Of a stretch of DNA of 64,000 nucleotides, positions 54,911 to 64,000 are shown in pieces. Positions within the stretch are counted from its first letter, which is position 1. Every line of letters starts with the position of its first letter. The DNA is from Dehalococcoidia bacterium (GTDB taxonomy: Bacteria > Chloroflexota > Dehalococcoidia > SM23-28-2 > RBG-16-64-32), in assembly GCA_963665775.2 (NCBI GenBank), contig CAXXTF010000002.1, forward strand, positions 320,001 through 384,000, read 5' to 3'. The translations under genes were made by a program, and so were the position numbers. The notes beneath the pieces were generated by a model. It was given only the letters and a program-made list of their open reading frames with translations. It had not been told where the DNA came from and did no database searches.

Positions 54911-56554
54911 GTGGCAACCGTACCACAGCATTGGGAGCTGGAAGTCGACTTCGTCTCGATAGGTTCGGGCATCGGTGGCTTGACCGGGGCCATCGTCGCC
55001 CACGACGAGGGGCAACAGGTAGCTATCTTGGAGAAGACCGACAAGGTTGGTGGCGTGACCGCTTATTCCGGAGGCGACGTCTGGGTCGGCAACAACCATC
55101 TAGAGAAGGAACAAGGCATCGAGGATTCCGATAACAATGTCCAAGAGTACCTCAAGTTCTTGAGCGGTGGGGAATATGAAGAGGAAAATCTTACGGCCTT
55201 CATCGCTAATGCTCCTCTCGCTCTGAAGCACCTGATGGAACGGGCCGGCGTCCGCTTCGCGATCTCCAAGAGCATGAGCGACTACTACAGCGCCCGCGCG
55301 CCCGGAGGATTACGGGTAGGGCATCACCTTCACGTGGAGCCCTTCCCGGGGACCACGCTGGGTGAGTGGCAGCACAAGACAAGGACATCTCCTCACATAC
55401 CCCCCGGTGTCACCGCTGATGAGATGGCCAGCTGGGGATCGTTGGACAAATGGGATCAGGAGTTGCTGGCGAAGCGAATTGCCGAGGACATGCGGACTTC
55501 CGGCCCTGGCCTTGCGGCTTACCTGGTGAAGGCGGCCCTGGTGGACCGGGAGATCCCCTGTTACACAGGAACCCCTGCCGAGGAGTTTGTCACTCGAGAC
55601 GGCGTGGTTATGGGGGTTCGAGCCAAACGGGAGGGCAACGACTTTTTCCTGCGGGCCCGCAGGGGTGTCCTCATCGCCACCAGCGCCTACGATTACAACC
55701 AGAAACTGGTCGGGCTCTACGATCGGGCGCCTGAGTGGAATGCCGCGACCTTTCCCGGACTGACCGGCGACGGCCTCATCATGGGTACGGAGATCGGTGC
55801 GGCAGTGGGGGTTAGCGCTATCGATCATCTGCTGGCCAGTGTCCATGTATCGGGTGAAACCCATGAAGGCGTCCCTCTTTATAGATTCCTTCTGGGAGGA
55901 AATCCCGGCGATATTCTGGTTAATCGCGAGGGCAACCGTTTCACTGATGAGTCCTTCTACCGTGCTGTGGCCCAGGCCGCTCTGGAGTTTGACGCACGCA
56001 CAGAGAGATTCAAGAACTTCCCCTTCTACCTTATCTTTGACCGGGACCACAGGGAGAAGTTCCCTGTTGGCGGCGTGCTCCCTGGTCAACCCCTGCCGGA
56101 AGGGCTGGGAGCTCAGGCCGAGACCCTAGGGGACCTGGCCGAGAAGCTCGGCATCGACCCCAACGGCCTTGAGGAGACGGTAGCCCGCTTCAACGGGTTC
56201 GCTCGTCAGGGGAGAGATCTGGACTTTCACAGGGGGGAGTTATCGATGGCGGAGGAGGAGATCGGCGTGAAGCCCAGCCGAGGCCTGGGGCCTCTCGAGC
56301 GGCCGCCCTTCTACGGCATTCGACTCACGTTCGCTGCCGTAGGGGTAGGTAACGCGGGCCTGATGATCGACGGCAACGCCCGGGTGCTTCGTGCCCGGGG
56401 GGACGCCATTCCCGGTCTTTACGCTGCCGGCAACGCCGCCGCCCACCTGGAAACGAAACGAGGGTATGAGAACGGCCTCTCCAATGCCCGGGGGATGACC
56501 CATGGTTTCCTGGCGGCCCGGCATGCGGCCCGGCAGCCAGCGCGAGACCGCTGA
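54911..56554 (+). CDS. FAD-dependent oxidoreductase, 3-ketosteroid dehydrogenase (KstD)-like
   Basis: GSGIGG, GGVTAYSGG, TGDG, RFTDE, PGLYAAGN. Confidence 0.88.
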   Translation: MATVPQHWELEVDFVSIGSGIGGLTGAIVAHDEGQQVAILEKTDKVGGVTAYSGGDVWVGNNHLEKEQGIEDSDNNVQEYLKFLSGGEYEEENLTAFIANAPLALKHLMERAGVRFAISKSMSDYYSARAPGGLRVGHHLHVEPFPGTTLGEWQHKTRTSPHIPPGVTADEMASWGSLDKWDQELLAKRIAEDMRTSGPGLAAYLVKAALVDREIPCYTGTPAEEFVTRDGVVMGVRAKREGNDFFLRARRGVLIATSAYDYNQKLVGLYDRAPEWNAATFPGLTGDGLIMGTEIGAAVGVSAIDHLLASVHVSGETHEGVPLYRFLLGGNPGDILVNREGNRFTDESFYRAVAQAALEFDARTERFKNFPFYLIFDRDHREKFPVGGVLPGQPLPEGLGAQAETLGDLAEKLGIDPNGLEETVARFNGFARQGRDLDFHRGELSMAEEEIGVKPSRGLGPLERPPFYGIRLTFAAVGVGNAGLMIDGNARVLRARGDAIPGLYAAGNAAAHLETKRGYENGLSNARGMTHGFLAARHAARQPARDR

Positions 56555-57079
56555 CGGCCTCTGTGATCTCTTCGTCACCCTTACGCGGGTGCACCAGTCG
56601 TAATTGCCCAGCTCGTTAACCTGCTCTTCCCACTTCAGCGGGATCAAGCCGGCGTAGCTGATGCCCTTCTCAGGCATAGGGCTGGTGGAAGGCGACGCAT
56701 TCTGCTGTCCGGGTTGCGCGGAGGGCGGGCCCTGCAGCTGTACCTACGAGGGCGATCAGGCCCGCTACCCCCACAACGGCCACGGCGAACTGATGCTGGC
56801 CTTGGAGCGGCTTGAGGACGGGTTATGACGGGATCTCTAAAGGAAGCGGATGGCGCAGGACCGCGAATCCTCGAGCTTTTGGCCTGGGAACACGGGATTT
56901 GGGGTGCGCCACTAGCCAGCAGGTATGAGCGGCTGGTACAATCCGAAATTGATTGCAATTTTCGTGGTACCGAGTGTCGGCGTTAGGGGGGCGCGAAGGG
57001 CGACCTGAGCGATCAACCTCTACGAGACGTGAAGAAAGGATGGATCCTTGAGACGGTTCCTGAACAGACTTGGCCTTAG

Positions 57080-58783
57080 CCCGAATCCACCGAAGGACAC
57101 GGATGGACGGCGTGAGGACAGCGGAAGGGGGTGGGTGAGGGAGCTACAGGGGAGATGGCCTGGGGTCTTGGGGTAGATGGGAGGCCGGCGGACGGTCTTC
57201 AGTCGCCGCACAGGGCCCCTAAGGCCCTATGCGGGAGTTGCGATGCGCGGGATGGCGAGAGGATACGCAGCAGGGGACTCTCGCGACCGGGGTGGCGCGA
57301 GATTGCGGGGACGTTGGGTCAGTTGCAGGCTGGCCGTCAGGCCGGGAATGGAATGGCTTGCAGCCGGGCCAAGGCGCGACTGAACTGGGTTTCCCAAGGC
57401 CAGCGCCGGGGGAGATGCAAAGTGAGGCGGCGCGCCGAGCGGGTGATCCGTCCCACGAGAGCGAAGACCCGCCGCCTGAGGGTCTTGGTGGTCACGATCT
57501 GCTGACCCAGGCCGATGCGGGCTGTCCAGCGGGCCAGGTTATGCGCCATCACCTGGCCCGCCAGCCAGGCGCCGTTGGCGGCGAAGCGCCCCGACGGCAT
57601 GTGGTTCAGCCCGACGCCGTACTTGAGGTCGCGTATGGCGTTCTCGACCTCGGCGTGGCGGCGATGATCGGCCTCCAGTTCCAGCGTCTCCCCATCGCGG
57701 TCGGTGATGAAGGCGTGATAGCTGTATCTGGCGAAGAGGGCGAGCTGGGAACCGGGCGTCGGCTTCACCCGCCGGACAATGAGCCGCACCGGCGCGGCGT
57801 CCGGCTTGGTCTGGAACGGGGTGTAAGTCGTCTCGGCGACATCGGCGGCGCCGTCCATCCAGTAGGGAATGGGAGTCCAGTCCTCCTCTGGTATCGCCTC
57901 GATCAGGTCCCGCAGGCTGGCGCGCTGGCGGATGGTGATAGAGAAGCGGACATCCATTTCCCGGCAGGCGGCAACGACAGTGTGGGCGTAGAAGCCGCTG
58001 TCGGCCCGCACCGTGAGTTGTCCCCTGGCCCCGCCGTAGCGCACCCGCCCCACCGTCTCACGCAGGAAGTGGGCGGCGCCACGGGCGGTGTTGGCCCGGC
58101 CCTCGCGCAGCCGGGACATCAGCACCTCGCCGGTGCCGGCGGCAATGGCCAGCAGCGGGTGATAGCCGCGGGCGCCGGTATAGCCGTGGTGGCGCGCTCC
58201 CTCCTTGGCCAGTCCATAGGTCTCGCAGATGGTCGAGTCCAGGTCGATGGTCAGGGGCGAGTCGCCGGGTCCGGCCCCAGCGGCCCAGGCCCGGGCCAAC
58301 AACTGGCGGCTCACGCGGTCGAGTTGACGGACATGCCCCCACCGGAAGCTGCGCAGGAAGGTCCCCAGGGTGGATGGCGCCTTGACCACGCAGCCTAGAA
58401 CACCGACCGTCCCACCAGCGCGCAGCGCATCGGCGTCGTCGATGCAGTCGCCGCCTGCCAGCGCGGAAGCGACCAGCGTCAGCATCTTGTCCCCAGTGTT
58501 CGCCCGTCCCGGCGCTCCGCCGAGGTCAAGGTGATGGTCGACGAGTTCCCGCAGGCCCAGGTGCCGGGCTAGGGTGGCTGGCAGGAGCAGGCCGGCATTG
58601 GCCACCAGGCGATGGTCGTCAAAGAGGATGCGGATACGGTCGGGTTTGTTCTGTGGCAGCATCTATTGGGTGCTCCTTGTTTCCGGGCTGGTTTCTGTTC
58701 CAAAACCATTATCCCAGATTCAGAGGAGCACCCGATGGCTTCTTCAAGGACTGTCCCCAAGGCCGTCCTTCGGTGGATTCGGG
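57080..58783 (-). mobile_element. IS1380-family element, transposase 57337..58662
   Basis: Near-identical to the other two copies, 1704 bp. Confidence 0.95.
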
Positions 58784-59583
58784 CTAAGGCAAAAATCTTT
58801 CTTGGTAGCTGGCGGCCAGGCGAGAAGCACGTGGTCGAGCTGCCGTTGACTTGCCGGAGAACACCGCAGGCAGAGATTCGAAGTAGGATTCTCCGCGGGC
58901 TTCATCGCCTATACGAAGGTGGATTCAAAGAGGAGAACTGCCAATTCGATCTGGCGGGGATCGGATTTGAACTCGGTGTAACCGAAGACCTTGTGATACG
59001 GGCAGTCAACTTTCTCTATGGCCAGGGCTTGCTCGACGATGGTGGAGCGATCAGCCTACCCAGAAGGTGGGGAGAGTTCACGTGGACGCCGCAGGGGATC
59101 CAACATGTCGAAGCCGAATTGGTTCCTGTGGAGACATTTCTGCAGGAATTATACGGTTCTACACTGGGCAATCTCGCATCCCTGGATTCAAATCTGGAGT
59201 CCAGCCTGATCCACCTACGAGAATGTGCGGGATCAATTGGGACCGCACGAGAGGATCTCGTCGGGTTTGCCTCTATGGTCAGAGAATTCATCGAGCGACT
59301 CACTGATCACCTCTATGGGTTAACGGGCAACGCCGAGTCGATAGCCAAGAGCCGGACCATTAATAAGGTGAAGGCCATCACGGCGTCGGCTTCAGCGGCG
59401 TCAACGAGTGGTGGAGCGCACGTTCAAGCTCTCGCTGAGGTCGTTGACACGCACTGGCGCAGGCTGAATGACGTTCAGCAGAAAGGAGTTCACTCAGGAA
59501 CCGTGGAATCGCAGCGACTCTTTGCTTACACACTGCTATTTGTAGCTGACTTGATGGATGTTTGGGGATCGAAGGACCGGTAG
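58784..59583 (+). pseudogene. 5'-clipped protein: winged helix plus HEPN-like (Abi/pPIWI-associated-type) domain
   Basis: AVNFLYGQGLL...TPQGIQHVE; C-terminal LNDVQQKGVH...YTLLFVADL; frame runs back into the IS. Confidence 0.55.
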
Positions 59584-59670
59584 CCCTATCTAGGGAACAT
59601 AACTGCACGCAAGCTGTTAGCGTCCCCAGATACGAATACCCGGCTTCGCAGGCAATGATTTGGGGCCTAT

Positions 59671-59712
<42 letters not shown>

Positions 59713-59735
59713 TACACATTTCGGCTAAGGGCACC

Positions 59736-59779
59736 GGCTAGTTGCAAACGAAATTGCAAACGAACGGTTTGCAACTGCC
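59736..59779. repeat. Direct plus inverted TTGCAAAC repeats (arm-site-like or hairpin)
   Basis: TTGCAAACGAA x2 at 12-bp period, then GTTTGCAACT. Confidence 0.65.
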
Positions 59780-59954
59780 CGTCACCGGGCATCATGAGCG
59801 GCCAACCCCAGGCCAAAGTTCAGATACGAAATGTGGCTGAACAGGATCACCCGACACACTCCATCACGACAATGAAGGGACTCTCACTCCGCTCGCTGCC
59901 TCAGGCTAGACCCCCTGCTGGCTCGGCTGCGCGGAGGGCCCGTATAATTCACCC

Positions 59955-61148
59955 ATGCGGCTCCTCCGTCTACAGCTCTTCGACTATCGCAATTTCCACC
60001 GTCTGCATGTGGAGCTACCGCCGGGGCCGGCCGTGATTATCGGCGACAACGCTCAGGGAAAGACCAACCTCCTGGATGCCGTCTACCTGCTGGCCACCAT
60101 GCGTAGCCTGCACGTACAGACCGATGTTCAGCTCATCCGCCGCGAAGCTCTCGATGATGTCATGCCCGCCGCCCGCATCCTGGCCCATGTGGAGACCCTG
60201 GGAGGCCCTCTGAAAGTGGAGGTGGGCATCGCGGCGCGGGCGGGGCCCCAGGGTCCCATCGCCACCAAGGTAGCGCGGGTCAACGGCGTACCCAAACGTC
60301 TGTCTGACGCCGTGGGTCATCTCACAGCTGTCCTGTTCACCGCTGGTGATCTGAACCTCATCGGCGGCTCGCCGTCGCTGCGGCGACGACATCTAGACAT
60401 AATGATGGCACAGGTCGAGCCGCCGTATGCGGCCGCGTGGCAGCGTTTCGAGAAGGTACTTCTCCAGCGTAACCACCTGCTGAAGAGGATACGGGAGGGC
60501 CCGGGCCGGGCCGACGAGCTGTCTTTCTGGGATCAGGAGATATGTAGGGATGGGGGATTCATCTTCCAGCGCCGAGCCGTGGCCCTGGCTGAAATGGACC
60601 TGCTGGCCCACGAGGCTCACCTCGCTCTGGCCCCTGGTGAGGAGATGGCTCTGGTCTACCGTCCCCGGCTGGATATCGCCGCTTCGGAGCTGGCCAGCGG
60701 CGATCCGCAGGCGGCTGCCCAGGCCTATGCGATAGCGTTGAAGCGCGGCCTGTCCGGCGACATCGCCGCCGGCATGACCCTCCAGGGGCCTCATCGCGAT
60801 GATGTGATCTTCACGCTCGACGGCCTTCCGGCTGCGGGCTACGCCTCCCGCGCTCAGCAGCGCAGCATCGCCCTGTCTCTGCGGCTGGCGGAGGCCCGCT
60901 TCCTCCTGGCCCGCCGCGGCGAGCCTCCCGTCCTCCTCCTGGACGATGTCCTGTCCGAGATGGATGCCAGCCGTCGTCGCTCTGTGCTGGCTGCGGTGGC
61001 AGACTACGAGCAGATGCTAGTCACTAGTACCGACCTGGATCGGTTCCCGCCTGAGTTCCTGTCCCCTGCCTCCCTGTTCTCCGTAGAGGCGGGCTCGATT
61101 CAGCCCTGGGCCGGCGAGGCGGCTAGCCGGAGAACAGCGGAGAGCTGA
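59955..61148 (+). CDS. recF: DNA replication/repair protein RecF
   Basis: YRNF, GDNAQGKTNLL, LLQRNHLLK, GPHRDD, LLLDDVLSEMD. Confidence 0.97.
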   Translation: MRLLRLQLFDYRNFHRLHVELPPGPAVIIGDNAQGKTNLLDAVYLLATMRSLHVQTDVQLIRREALDDVMPAARILAHVETLGGPLKVEVGIAARAGPQGPIATKVARVNGVPKRLSDAVGHLTAVLFTAGDLNLIGGSPSLRRRHLDIMMAQVEPPYAAAWQRFEKVLLQRNHLLKRIREGPGRADELSFWDQEICRDGGFIFQRRAVALAEMDLLAHEAHLALAPGEEMALVYRPRLDIAASELASGDPQAAAQAYAIALKRGLSGDIAAGMTLQGPHRDDVIFTLDGLPAAGYASRAQQRSIALSLRLAEARFLLARRGEPPVLLLDDVLSEMDASRRRSVLAAVADYEQMLVTSTDLDRFPPEFLSPASLFSVEAGSIQPWAGEAASRRTAES

Positions 61149-62061
61149 GGCCGCGCGGGACCGCCACCCACACGGCTGCCGGCGCAACCGTCACCTCTGT
61201 GGCCGATTCCTCGATGGCTTCTCCGTCCAGCTGCACCGGTAGCGGCTCCTCCCAGGCCAGCTCCAGTCGCCGTACCCGTCTGTACCGCACTCGCCTCGAG
61301 CGGCGATGCTGACGCAGCATGGTTCTCGCCGCCTGCATGATGATGTCCGCCGTGCCGCGCCCCTCATAGACGCATACGTCCAGCAGACCGTCGTCCACGC
61401 GGGCCTCCGGTGTTACCTCCACGAGACCCGCGTAGTTACGCGAGTTCCCCGCCACCAGCATCAATAGGTCAGCCCTCTGCTCCTCTCCGTCCAGGCGCAG
61501 GGTCACGGGCGTACTCCGGTACCTCAACGACTCCCTCACCGCGGTAATCGCGTAGGCGGCCGCCCCTAGGCGGCGCTTTAGCGGCAGCGACACGTTGCCG
61601 GTGATGAGGCCGTCCAGGCCGTAGCCGGCCATCAGCAGGAAGTAGCGTTCACCGGCTCGCCCGAGGTCGATGTGCCTTCGCTCCCCCTCGATGCAGACGC
61701 GCACCGCGTCAACCGGTCGTCTGGGGATGCCCACCTCTCGCGCCCAGATGTTCGATGTGCCGCCGCGTATCGGTGCCAGGGCCGTCTCGCTCCCTGCCAG
61801 GCCGTTGGCCACTTCGCTTACCGTGCCGTCCCCGCCGCAAACGAAGAGCAGCGGCGTTCCCCTCTGCGCTACTCGTGCCGCCAACTCTGTGGCCTCTCTC
61901 GGCCGCGTGGTCTCCAGCCACTGGGTGCGCCATCCCTGCGCCTGAAGCCAGCGGTCGGCCTCGTCCAGCGACTCCCGCTTGGGCAGGTTGTGGGCTGCCG
62001 GATTGACGATGATGACGGTCTCGTGACGGGCATCGGATGGGTCCATGGCTGGCGAACTCAT
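61123..62061 (-). CDS. Diacylglycerol/lipid kinase family (YegS-like)
   Basis: IVNPAA, GGDGTVSEV, GTSN, DDGLLD, QLDGE. Confidence 0.93.
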   Translation of the reverse strand: MSSPAMDPSDARHETVIIVNPAAHNLPKRESLDEADRWLQAQGWRTQWLETTRPREATELAARVAQRGTPLLFVCGGDGTVSEVANGLAGSETALAPIRGGTSNIWAREVGIPRRPVDAVRVCIEGERRHIDLGRAGERYFLLMAGYGLDGLITGNVSLPLKRRLGAAAYAITAVRESLRYRSTPVTLRLDGEEQRADLLMLVAGNSRNYAGLVEVTPEARVDDGLLDVCVYEGRGTADIIMQAARTMLRQHRRSRRVRYRRVRRLELAWEEPLPVQLDGEAIEESATEVTVAPAAVWVAVPRGLSSPLFSG

Positions 62062-62216
62062 ATCAGGGTCATGCTAAGGGCCACCGATGGTGACTACAAG
62101 GGCGCCCAACCTGTATCATGGCTGGTGCCCGGAATGGGCCTCACCTGGTGTGAGCCGGTGCGATGCCTGCGACGGCGGTAGTAGTAGCGTTGTTGGCCCG
62201 ATAGGCGGCCAGCGGG

Positions 62217-64000
62217 CTAGGCGGCCTGGTGGCCCAGACGCTTGCGCTTCTGGGATACGTAGTCCACCAGGATGTACTGGCCCAGCCTTTCGGGCGTGGT
62301 GTAGAACACCCGGCCCTTGTTCATCCTAGCGATCTGATCGACGAACTCTTTCAGATAGTAGTTCCGGTCCAGCATGAAGGTGTTGATGACGATTCCCTTA
62401 CGTGTGCACCGTCGTACTTCCTTCAGGGTCTCTCGGATGGTGACAGGGCTGGGGGGGTAGGCGAAGTAGGAGCGGCCGTTCTCCAGGTGGGCTGTTGGTT
62501 CTCCATCAGAGATCATAATGATCTGGCGGGTGCTGGGGTTGTGGCGGGCCAGCAGCTTCTGGGCCAGCATGAGGGCGTGGTGCATGTTCGTCCCCAGGAC
62601 TGACTCATCCCAGCGGGCGTAGGGCAGCTCCTCCTGCCGCAGCTCCCGAGCGTAAGCGGCGAAGCCAATGATGTAGAGCTTGTCCTTGGGGAACTGGGTG
62701 CGGATCAGATTATTCAGGGCCAGGGCGACCTTCTTGGCGGCCTGAAAACTACCTCGCAGGGCCATCGACCAGGATAGGTCCAGCATTAGCACCGTCGCCG
62801 TTGTCGTGAGCGTCTCCGAGCGATAGACCTGGAAGTCGTCCTTCTCCAGGCGAACCGGCACTCTCGGTCCTTCCCGCACGACGGCGTTCATGATCGTCTC
62901 GCCTAGGTTCAGGTGGAAGGGGTCGCCGAACTCGTAATCCTTCGTCTCGTCGGCCCGCTCACCGCCAGCGCCTCGCTCCCGCAGGGGATGCTTGCCGTAG
63001 CTGGACTTCTTGAGCTGCGTGTATATCTCGCCCAGGGCTTTCTCCCCGATCTTGCGTACCCCTTTCGGTGTCAGCTCCCAGGAGCTGTCCTTTCGACGGA
63101 TGTAGCCGGCCTCCTCCAGGATCTCCAGGAAGTCTTTGAGCTGCTTCAGGGTTTCAGCCGCCTCTTCGCCAAGGAGCTGGCGCAGCTTCTCCTCGTCGAT
63201 CTCGTCCAGGTTGCCGCCGTACTGGGTGCGCTCCAGCTGCTTTCCCAGCTCGTCCAGCCCCTGCAGGTTGTCCATTACCTCCAACGCTTGTAGCAGGTCC
63301 AGCTCTTCGTCGCCGCGGAAGGGGTACTGACCGTGCTGCTCGCTATTGGGAGCCACGATGTCCAGGTTAATGGCCAGCTCCTGTAGCTCGCGCTGCAGCC
63401 CCGGGTCGCCTACTTTGTCCATCAGCAGGTCTTCTAGCTGGCGGCGCATCTCCGGCGGTAGGCTGTTCAGCAGACCTTGCATGGCGGCGATCCCCTGCTG
63501 CATCTGCTCCACGAGCTCTTCCAGGCTCTGGGGCGGGTTCGGCCCGAACATGTCGCCGTACTTCTGCATGAACCCCTGGAAGTCCGGCTGGTCGCCGGCC
63601 ATCTTCTCCGAGAGCATCTCGTTAATGTCTCGGATCATCTCTTTCATTCCGGCCATCTCTTCCGGGCTCATGTTGGCGATCTGCTGGTACATGTCCTTGA
63701 AGAAGGTGTCCATCATCGCCTTCTTCAGCATCTCCATGAGCTCCTGGAACTTGGCCGCCGCCTCTGGGTCCATGAACTCGTAGTTCTGGAGCTCCTTCAC
63801 CTGGCCGCCCACGTCTTCGGGAAGGTCCTCTAGGACACTCTTCTTCTTTTCCGTTATGCTCTTCAGCATCTCGGATAGCTGGCGCTCCTCTTCGGCCGTG
63901 CGTTGCTGGGTGGAAGGCTTCAACGCTTCCTCGAACGGCTGCAGGGGGTTCTTGGCGCCCTCCAGCACCTGGTTGGCCTCTTGCAGACGGCGGTCCAGGG
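62217..64000 (-). CDS. VWA-domain protein (5' end outside window)
   Basis: LDLSWSM MIDAS, GTNMHHAL, ISDGEPTAH; frame open to the window edge. Confidence 0.9.
   Translation of the reverse strand, partial: LDRRLQEANQVLEGAKNPLQPFEEALKPSTQQRTAEEERQLSEMLKSITEKKKSVLEDLPEDVGGQVKELQNYEFMDPEAAAKFQELMEMLKKAMMDTFFKDMYQQIANMSPEEMAGMKEMIRDINEMLSEKMAGDQPDFQGFMQKYGDMFGPNPPQSLEELVEQMQQGIAAMQGLLNSLPPEMRRQLEDLLMDKVGDPGLQRELQELAINLDIVAPNSEQHGQYPFRGDEELDLLQALEVMDNLQGLDELGKQLERTQYGGNLDEIDEEKLRQLLGEEAAETLKQLKDFLEILEEAGYIRRKDSSWELTPKGVRKIGEKALGEIYTQLKKSSYGKHPLRERGAGGERADETKDYEFGDPFHLNLGETIMNAVVREGPRVPVRLEKDDFQVYRSETLTTTATVLMLDLSWSMALRGSFQAAKKVALALNNLIRTQFPKDKLYIIGFAAYARELRQEELPYARWDESVLGTNMHHALMLAQKLLARHNPSTRQIIMISDGEPTAHLENGRSYFAYPPSPVTIRETLKEVRRCTRKGIVINTFMLDRNYYLKEFVDQIARMNKGRVFYTTPERLGQYILVDYVSQKRKRLGHQAA

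Overview
GC-rich bacterial window, most likely Chloroflexota/Dehalococcoidia-like (inference from CaiB CoA-transferases, PT-linker lipoproteins, DUF5679, leaderless genes). About 1.5-59.8 kb is a heavily rearranged accessory region; core-looking genes (recF, DAG-kinase family, VWA protein) start at ~59.95 kb. It holds 3 near-identical IS1380 copies, 5 IS6 copies plus an IS6-ended MITE, one near-complete integrase-core (rve) IS with ~18 copies of its 30-bp end in total, an intact tRNA-Gly(CCC), and five tRNA 3'-fragments that look like att sites (3 Lys-like, 1 Arg-like, 1 Cys-like). Cargo includes katG, NAD-dependent formate dehydrogenase, an orphan Mo-hydroxylase large subunit, GH5, MMPL, Kelch, pirin and aquaporin, plus clipped 3' ends of defence-type genes. 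Best candidates for undescribed biology: (1) a duplicated XerD-like integrase + divergent DUF5679 module with phased repeat arrays and tRNA-half att sites that bracket an integrase-free 2.1-kb cassette; (2) nesting of that module inside rve-IS ends; (3) a tandem winged-helix-like protein with a repeat-rich, structured leader; (4) a DsrE-like UGA/UxxC selenoprotein remnant with a SECIS-like hairpin. All family calls come from motif recognition by eye; no searches were run. Some frameshifts may be sequencing indels.
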